Source of the DNA: an uncultured virus (IMG/VR IMGVR_UViG_3300042868_008629)
Taxonomy: Duplodnaviria; Heunggongvirae; Uroviricota; Caudoviricetes
Strand: one strand, 5' to 3'
IMG/VR virus record: IMGVR_UViG_3300042868_008629
Coordinates: 1-64,000 of that record
DNA: 64,000 nt
Position numbers and translations under genes: made by a program. Under the pieces are notes generated by a model. It saw nothing but the letters and a program-made list of their open reading frames with translations. It had not been told where the DNA came from and searched no databases. Shown one piece after another: positions 58,415 through 64,000 of this stretch (the first letter of the stretch is position 1; each line of letters starts with the position of its first letter).

Positions 58415-58879
58415 ATGAAAAAGATAGTAAGATTAACAGAAAGTGATTTAACTAATTTGGTTAAAAGGATAATTAAAGAACAAGATGAAAACGAAGAATA
58501 TCTTGAAAAATTCAAGATATTAATTGACAATGAACAATTTGAAACGGCATTACAATTAGGTGAAACATTAGATTTGGAAGACAAAGTTTTGGACTTAATT
58601 TTAGATAAAATAGTTAAAGAAGGTGACTTCAAGTGGTGGGTAAAAAAAGTACATTCTGTAATGAAAGAAAAAAAATATAGGCGGATTGATTCAGCCATTG
58701 ATGATATAACGTATGAATTTATTGAAAAAGATTATTATGCAAATATATTATATAACATAATTAACAATATGACAGACCAAAATAAAACAGATGAATTTTA
58801 TTTTAAAATGATTAAACTGATATATTCTGAAATAGAAAAACAAATAAAAAAAGATGAAAAAGATAGTAAGATTAACTGA
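58415..58879 (+). CDS. Leader-tagged protein 1 (MKKIVRLTESDL family)
   Basis: Conserved 23-aa leader plus unique helical cargo; TATTTAT at 58379. Confidence 0.7.
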   Translation: MKKIVRLTESDLTNLVKRIIKEQDENEEYLEKFKILIDNEQFETALQLGETLDLEDKVLDLILDKIVKEGDFKWWVKKVHSVMKEKKYRRIDSAIDDITYEFIEKDYYANILYNIINNMTDQNKTDEFYFKMIKLIYSEIEKQIKKDEKDSKIN

Positions 58880-59252
58880 AAGTGATTTAGTTAGATTGGT
58901 TAAAAGAGTTATTAATGAAAAAAGAAATATGAATGAATACGAGTATTTTTATTATATTCCAGATTGGTATGGTCCGAATACAATGTTTAATGAAAATGAT
59001 GAAAAAGTAAAATTGTCAGATTATCCTGAAATTGAAGATGCCTTTAAATTCTTTAATAATGAAAATGTTGATATAATAAAACTTAATGAAGACGATAGGG
59101 ACATGACATTAATTAGAAAAGTACATACGTTCATAGATGACAGCAATAATATTTCTTGGCCATTCTTCAACGAAAATAGAATCCAAAAAATGTGGATGGA
59201 AAAATATTTGAAAAACGGATTAATATTAATAAAATTGAAAAAAAAACGATGA
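58854..59252 (+). CDS. Leader-tagged protein 2
   Basis: Same leader, unrelated cargo. Confidence 0.7.
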   Translation: MKKIVRLTESDLVRLVKRVINEKRNMNEYEYFYYIPDWYGPNTMFNENDEKVKLSDYPEIEDAFKFFNNENVDIIKLNEDDRDMTLIRKVHTFIDDSNNISWPFFNENRIQKMWMEKYLKNGLILIKLKKKR

Positions 59253-59698
59253 AAAAGATAGTAAGATTAACTGAAAGTGATTTAGTTAGATTGATTAAAA
59301 GAGTAATTAACGAACAATCAATAAGTGGAAAAACTTTAGAAGATTTTAAAAAATGGGCAATGAATAAACAAAATGAATGTCCAGAACCAACGGACCCTTG
59401 GGATAGATATTGCCCCCAAGGAACTTGGAAATATGATACTAGAAATGGGAACATTAGGTTTTTTTCTGATAAGAATGAAGTTGTTATGGAAACAACTATA
59501 ATGCCTAATGATGACAAATACAACGGACCTGTGGTTGAGTTACAATATTTAGCAAATTGGGTATCTAAAAAAAATGTTCCATATTATAATGGTGTTTGGA
59601 AATGGGGAGGGGTAAAAGGAGCATGGAGTGCAGGTAATCTACAAAGTGTTAATTTGTATGATAACGATAAAAATTTTTTAGGTACTATGACTTTTTAA
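59249..59698 (+). CDS. Leader-tagged protein 3
   Basis: Same leader starting at ATG 59249 (ATGA overlap); unrelated Trp/Gly-rich cargo. Confidence 0.7.
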   Translation: MKKIVRLTESDLVRLIKRVINEQSISGKTLEDFKKWAMNKQNECPEPTDPWDRYCPQGTWKYDTRNGNIRFFSDKNEVVMETTIMPNDDKYNGPVVELQYLANWVSKKNVPYYNGVWKWGGVKGAWSAGNLQSVNLYDNDKNFLGTMTF

Positions 59699-59712
59699 GT
59701 TTAAGAAAAAAT

Positions 59713-59747
59713 CCCCATCTCAAAAAAAGGTGGGGTTTCTTTTTTTT
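59713..59747 (+). terminator. Intrinsic terminator closing the leader-tagged array
   Basis: CCCCATCT / AGGTGGGG stem plus T run. Confidence 0.7.
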
Positions 59748-59775
59748 ATGAAGATTATTTCTTATATTTTCCATT

Positions 59776-60594
59776 ATGAATATACTGAGCCTTTTCGATG
59801 GAATGTCCTGTGGTCAAATAGCATTAAACAAAGTTGGAATAAAATATGACAACTATTATGCTTCAGAGATTGACCAGCACGCAATTAAAGTAACCCAACA
59901 CAACTATCCAAATACAATTCAACTTGGTGACATTACCAAAATCAAAGGTAGTGATTTACCTAGTATTGATTTATTATTTGGTGGTAGTCCTTGTCAAAGT
60001 TTTTCATCTGCTGGTAATAGAACAGGATTTGATGGAAAGAGTGGATTATTTTGGGAATATGTAAGAATATTGAATGAAGTTAAACCCAAATATTTTCTAT
60101 TAGAAAATGTTAAGATGAAAAAGGAATGGGAAGACATCATAACAAAAGAGATGGGAGTTGAACCAATTTCAATTAATAGTAATTTGGTATCAGCTCAAAA
60201 CAGAGAAAGATTATATTGGACAAATATTCCTAATGTAACTCAACCAGAAAATAGAAATATCAAATTGAATGATGTGTTGGGTAATTCAGAGTTCAGAGAA
60301 ATACCAAAATGTTTTTATAATAAGTGGGGAAACAAACCTAGAATTGAGAAGGGAGTGAATTGGGTATGTAATGACAAATCAAATTGTTTAACCACCAAAA
60401 ATTGTCATACCAATCAGTATTTGTTCAATGAGGATAAAAGTTTATGTAGATTATTGACCGCTGATGAGTTTGAGAGATTGCAAACAATACCTGAAGGATA
60501 TACCTCTGTGGTTAATAATACTGAAAGGTATAAGATGATTGGTAATGGTTGGACTGTGGATGTAATTTCTCATATATTTTCTTCATTGAAATAA
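59776..60594 (+). CDS. C5-cytosine DNA methyltransferase
   Basis: LSLFDGMSCG, GGSPCQ, LLENV, AQNRERLYW, ERLQT, IGNGW. Confidence 0.9.
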   Translation: MNILSLFDGMSCGQIALNKVGIKYDNYYASEIDQHAIKVTQHNYPNTIQLGDITKIKGSDLPSIDLLFGGSPCQSFSSAGNRTGFDGKSGLFWEYVRILNEVKPKYFLLENVKMKKEWEDIITKEMGVEPISINSNLVSAQNRERLYWTNIPNVTQPENRNIKLNDVLGNSEFREIPKCFYNKWGNKPRIEKGVNWVCNDKSNCLTTKNCHTNQYLFNEDKSLCRLLTADEFERLQTIPEGYTSVVNNTERYKMIGNGWTVDVISHIFSSLK

Positions 60595-60648
60595 TTTTTT
60601 ATTCCAATTTCTTTTCTTATCTTCGTTTCAACAAAAAAACAAGGAGAT

Positions 60649-60894
60649 ATGAACAACACAATCAATCAAACATTGGGACAAATTTTAAAAGGGAAAAACA
60701 ATGGTATCTTTGTTAATCCAAATGGTGAGTATATTAATGTAACAAGATATTATTATAAGAACACTTTGAAGTTCAATGTAATATTCTCCAAAAATATATA
60801 TGACATTGCTACAAGACCCGCTATCAATACAACCAGTGAAAAAAAGGTATTAAAATTGTTGAGCACAGAAAATTACGAACTAGTAAATCAATAA
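60649..60894 (+). CDS. Hypothetical protein
   Basis: ORF after an intergenic promoter-like region. Confidence 0.45.
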   Translation: MNNTINQTLGQILKGKNNGIFVNPNGEYINVTRYYYKNTLKFNVIFSKNIYDIATRPAINTTSEKKVLKLLSTENYELVNQ

Positions 60895-60898
60895 AAAT

Positions 60899-61129
60899 AT
60901 GAAAGCACACGAAGCTGAAAATTGGACATATCTTCACGCCAAAATGAGAGATGAAGAATTTCATTATTGTTTCAAACATTTCTCTAGTTTTGAAGAAATA
61001 GAGGATGAAGAGTTCCACAAGTTGAGAAATCAATATTTGGAAACCGCTGAACTATTGGAAAAGTATATTAAAAACAAATACTACGAAGCCAATTGGGAAG
61101 TAGAATATGATGATGAAGATGAAGATTGA
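60899..61129 (+). CDS. Hypothetical protein
   Basis: FHYCFKHFSSFEEIEDEEFHKLR. Confidence 0.5.
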   Translation: MKAHEAENWTYLHAKMRDEEFHYCFKHFSSFEEIEDEEFHKLRNQYLETAELLEKYIKNKYYEANWEVEYDDEDED

Positions 61130-61535
61130 AAACAAGAAAACCAGATTTGAATATAACTTCCTTGAAACTTACGAGGCCGGCATTGTATTGACAGGAATGG
61201 AAGTTAAAGGTATTCGTCAGGGAAATGTTAATTTAACCGACACTTATTGTTTTTTTAAGGATAATGATTTGTGGGTTAAAAATATTTTTATATCTTTGGG
61301 TAATGATGATAGCAAAAGGGAACGAAAACTCTTGTTAAAGAAAGTAGAACTCAAAAGGTTAAAGTCAAAGTTAATTAATGGTTTAACAATAGTCCCAACC
61401 AAAATCTATATTAATGATAGAGGTTTTGTCAAAGTTGAAATTGTGTTAGCACAAGGAAAAAAACTTTACGATAAGCGTGAATCTATTAAGAATAGAGATA
61501 TTGAAAGGGAACTTCAATCAAAATCAAAATGGTAA
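61119..61535 (+). CDS. smpB: SsrA-binding protein SmpB
   Basis: NKKTRFEY...YEAGIVLTGMEVKGIR, RERKLLL, GLTIVP, KVEI.LAQGKKLYDKRE. Confidence 0.9.
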   Translation: MKIENKKTRFEYNFLETYEAGIVLTGMEVKGIRQGNVNLTDTYCFFKDNDLWVKNIFISLGNDDSKRERKLLLKKVELKRLKSKLINGLTIVPTKIYINDRGFVKVEIVLAQGKKLYDKRESIKNRDIERELQSKSKW

Positions 61536-61792
61536 AAAAGGTATTTAACAAAACGACATTCACACAAAAATACGGAGATAGATGTAATAGAGGATTGAGT
61601 TGGTGTTGCAGAAAAAACCACTTCAACATTGAAATCATTCGTTCAGGTTTATCTTGGTATATCTTAGCTCACCGAACAAAGGATGACGCATATTGGAACT
61701 CATTGTGGATAAAGAAAAGATGGGATGAGTTGGATGATGCGATGGATTTTGTTAGTAAGTTTGATTATGAAAAATTAAAAGCACAATTATGA
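61529..61792 (+). CDS. Hypothetical protein
   Basis: Overlapping operon ORF. Confidence 0.45.
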   Translation: MVKKVFNKTTFTQKYGDRCNRGLSWCCRKNHFNIEIIRSGLSWYILAHRTKDDAYWNSLWIKKRWDELDDAMDFVSKFDYEKLKAQL

Positions 61793-62064
61793 ATACAATA
61801 AATTATAATGTAAGAATTGAAAACGAAAAGTTTGGTGTATTATTGAACGAGAACTTTGTTGATGGAATACAATTCAAGTTATTCTTGAAAATGATTAATG
61901 GTGCATTAGAACTGAAAACTAATTTGACATTCTTCAACGGAGTTGACTTTATGATTCACATTCCCTATACTAAACTTGTTGATTCAATTGTAACAACAAA
62001 ACTTGATACTTATGGAATGAGTGAGATTGTTAAATCAAAGATTGAAGCTCTCGTCACAAAATAA
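61789..62064 (+). CDS. Hypothetical protein
   Basis: ATGA-coupled ORF. Confidence 0.5.
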   Translation: MNTINYNVRIENEKFGVLLNENFVDGIQFKLFLKMINGALELKTNLTFFNGVDFMIHIPYTKLVDSIVTTKLDTYGMSEIVKSKIEALVTK

Positions 62065-62085
62065 AATGTTTAAACCAAATCAAAA

Positions 62086-62214
62086 ATGAGATTATTGTTA
62101 TTCGGACTATGTTTGACTTTTATGGTTGCTTGTTGTCCTGCGAAAAAAACTTGTTGTCAAAAAACTGAGAAAACTTGTCACAAAGTAGAAACAGATAGTT
62201 GTAGCCACAAGTAG
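62086..62214 (+). CDS. 42-aa Cys-rich putative lipopeptide (not in the ORF track)
   Basis: MRLLLFGLCLTFMVACCPAKKTCCQKTEKTCHKVETDSCSHK; signal peptide with MVAC lipobox. Confidence 0.55.
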   Translation: MRLLLFGLCLTFMVACCPAKKTCCQKTEKTCHKVETDSCSHK

Positions 62215-62260
62215 TTTCCTTGTTTAGAAAAATAAGGTGGTGGAGTCCTTAATCGGTCCT

Positions 62261-62287
62261 AAAGGAGATAGAGATATCTCCTTTTTT
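62261..62287 (+). terminator. Intrinsic terminator
   Basis: AAAGGAGATA / TATCTCCTTT stem plus T run. Confidence 0.75.
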
Positions 62288-62322
62288 ATTTTAGTGGTAT
62301 ATTTATAAATAAAAAAAAAATA

Positions 62323-62766
62323 ATGGAAGACAAAATAAAAAAAACAGTATTCGAAGAGGCTAAGAAAAGAGGTTTAATGGTTGAGCAAGAAGAAAAAACT
62401 AACACTGATTTTGTGGAAATGATATCAATTTTGATGCACTCACAAACACAAGCACACACCTATCATCTACAAACAGAATCATATGCTGAACACAAAGCAT
62501 TACAAAAATATTACGAAGGAATTGATGGTTTAGTTGATACAATTGTTGAAGCTTACCAAGGAAAATATGGGATTATAAAAGGATATAAAAACTTCCCGTT
62601 CAATGAATACAAAGGTAATGAAAATACAATAGGTTATTTCGAGAAACTTTGTGATAAAGTAACTCAGTTAAGAGATTGTTGTAAAGATAGTTGGTTACAG
62701 AATGAAATTGATAATGTTTGCACTTTGATTAATTCTACGCTTTACAAGTTAAAGTTCCTAAAATAA
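62323..62766 (+). CDS. Ferritin/Dps-like protein (DUF5856-like)
   Basis: QAHTYHLQT.SYAEHKAL..YY....D..VEAYQGKYG...LQNEID...STLYKL. Confidence 0.7.
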   Translation: MEDKIKKTVFEEAKKRGLMVEQEEKTNTDFVEMISILMHSQTQAHTYHLQTESYAEHKALQKYYEGIDGLVDTIVEAYQGKYGIIKGYKNFPFNEYKGNENTIGYFEKLCDKVTQLRDCCKDSWLQNEIDNVCTLINSTLYKLKFLK

Positions 62767-62821
62767 ATTTCCAATTTAACTAATTCTTTTTATATTTGTG
62801 AAAGAACCAAACTTACACGAT

Positions 62822-63352
62822 ATGAAAAGAATTATTTATTTTATTCCCCTCCTTTTATTTATTCCATATCTAAAACCTAAAAAAGTTGTTGAAAAGAAGT
62901 TAACACCAACTGAACAATACATTGATAGGTTCAAAAAGGTTGCAGTTTACGAACACAAGAAGTTTGGTATTCCCGCATCTGTTACTCTGGCTCAGGGTAT
63001 ATTGGAATCGAGGAGTGGTCAATCTGACCTAACCAAGAAAACCAACAATCATTTTGGTATTAAGTGTTTTAGTGGATGTAATTATAAAAACTCCAAAAGG
63101 TTTGCTGATGATAAACCAACTGACAGGTTTAAGGTTTATGAAAGTAATTGGTATAGTTTCCGTGACCATTCTCAGTTCCTGATGGGAAAGAGATATAAGA
63201 GATGTAGAGAGTGTGGGGATGATTGGAAATGTTGGGTTAGAAATCTTAAAAGGTGTGGATATGCAACATCGAATACATATACAAATACATTGACATCGAT
63301 TATTAAAAAGTACAAGTTATATCAGTATGATAAAAAAAACCCTCAGGTGTGA
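62822..63352 (+). CDS. GH73 glucosaminidase / peptidoglycan hydrolase with N-terminal hydrophobic anchor
   Basis: IPASVTLAQGILES, NNHFGIKC, SFRDHS.FL, GYATS..Y. Confidence 0.85.
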   Translation: MKRIIYFIPLLLFIPYLKPKKVVEKKLTPTEQYIDRFKKVAVYEHKKFGIPASVTLAQGILESRSGQSDLTKKTNNHFGIKCFSGCNYKNSKRFADDKPTDRFKVYESNWYSFRDHSQFLMGKRYKRCRECGDDWKCWVRNLKRCGYATSNTYTNTLTSIIKKYKLYQYDKKNPQV

Positions 63353-63359
63353 GGGTTTT
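63336..63359. terminator. Bidirectional intrinsic terminator
   Basis: AAAACCCTCA / TGAGGGTTTT stem between convergent genes. Confidence 0.7.
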
Positions 63360-63365
63360 GTATTT

Positions 63366-63998
63366 TTAGAACTCAGTTCTTAATAAAGTGGCGACTAGTT
63401 GCATTTCATAGTCATAAACATTTATTGAAAGATAAATCATATTATCATTAAGATTTATTTCAAATGAACCTGAAGAACCTGAATCAATTTCCCACCCTGG
63501 TAGTAAATTATGTAACATATCATAAAGAAAATCTTCAACTTTACCAAATCTATCTAATGGAGCTCTTCCACTTCCACCACCACTAAAATCAATGTTGTTT
63601 TCAATATAACCACTATCACCACCACCATTGAAATATACATGACCAATTGAGTATCCATTCTTTTTCATATATTCAATCAGACCTCTAAAATGAACATCAC
63701 TTGGTATTTCATCACTACTACCATCCTCAGTTGAAGAACGGACATTTTCATAAACTTGTATTGTTAAATCTTTTTCAACACAATCAATTAAAAACTTAAT
63801 TTCACCATAACCATCACAATCATCCATAGAATCTAAAGCTTCTTGACTTAATTCATTTGCGATTCCTTTTAATAATGTTGAAATCTTTGGGTAACTATCT
63901 AAATCTGAACCACCTTCTTCATCATTAAAAGTTTTTACATCAAAATATAATTCACATCCTTCGATTGAACCCCATGCTGAAACTTTCTTTTTACCATA
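63366..63998 (-). CDS. DUF6878-like protein, 5' end beyond the window
   Basis: FNGGGDSGYIE and GWEIDSGSSG motifs; the frame stays open from 63827 to the window end. Confidence 0.55.
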   Translation of the reverse strand, partial: YGKKKVSAWGSIEGCELYFDVKTFNDEEGGSDLDSYPKISTLLKGIANELSQEALDSMDDCDGYGEIKFLIDCVEKDLTIQVYENVRSSTEDGSSDEIPSDVHFRGLIEYMKKNGYSIGHVYFNGGGDSGYIENNIDFSGGGSGRAPLDRFGKVEDFLYDMLHNLLPGWEIDSGSSGSFEINLNDNMIYLSINVYDYEMQLVATLLRTEF

Positions 63999-64000
63999 TC

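Noticed and set aside
59192..59248. N-terminal extension of the third leader-tagged gene given in the ORF track
   Set aside because: The repeat structure and ATGA coupling place the start at 59249.
58394..59320. Three spaced repeats considered as a CRISPR array
   Set aside because: The repeats are protein-coding, about 400 nt apart, vary mainly in codon-compatible ways, and no cas genes are nearby.
62212..62235. Stop-codon readthrough signal (TAG followed by a hairpin)
   Set aside because: Readthrough would add only a few residues (FPCLEK) before TAA, and no recoding machinery is visible.
61536..62322. tmRNA near smpB
   Set aside because: No tRNA-like acceptor or T-arm ends were seen, and the space is filled by ORFs.
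1..64000. Alternative genetic code (TAG or TGA reassignment)
   Set aside because: Long conserved genes are intact under code 11, and TAG and TGA end genes at sensible positions (for example 27039, 36218, 38946, 18708).

Overview
An AT-rich, gene-dense 64 kb segment of a large (jumbo or huge) tailed phage genome. It uses the standard genetic code: TAG and TGA both act as stops. The host is most likely Bacteroidota, based on a Bacteroidota-type sigma-A, TTTG-N19/20-TAnnTTTG promoters, A-rich leaders without Shine-Dalgarno sites, SprB-like repeats and Bacteroidota-style lipoproteins. 1-17.8 kb: large Ser/Thr/Cys-rich virion (baseplate, tail, fibre) genes, with an embedded RuvC-like resolvase and a glycosyltransferase. 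17.8-28 kb: primase, PD-(D/E)XK nuclease, SbcD/SbcC pair and a sigma factor. 28-37.8 kb: membrane proteins, an amidase, putative head or internal proteins, an Hc1-like protein, DnaJ and an LRR protein. 38-64 kb: accessory and metabolic genes (DUF932, PcfJ-like, GIY-YIG, thioredoxin, glutaredoxin, four DNA methyltransferases, ThyA, DHH phosphoesterase, NUDIX, SmpB, ferritin-like, GH73). Four observations stand out. (1) A tandem array of three genes shares a near-identical 5' leader (MKKIVRLTESDL..L.KR.I.E) fused to unrelated cargo, and related leaders occur on other late genes, suggesting a capsid-targeting cassette system. (2) A glycosyltransferase resembling plant SERGT1/HPAT sits among proteins with mucin-like tracts. 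(3) An attC-like, inverted-repeat-bounded cassette carries a protein resembling the major capsid protein N-terminus. (4) There are several unannotated small peptides and RNA-like elements. All family assignments come from recognising motifs by eye; no database search was run.
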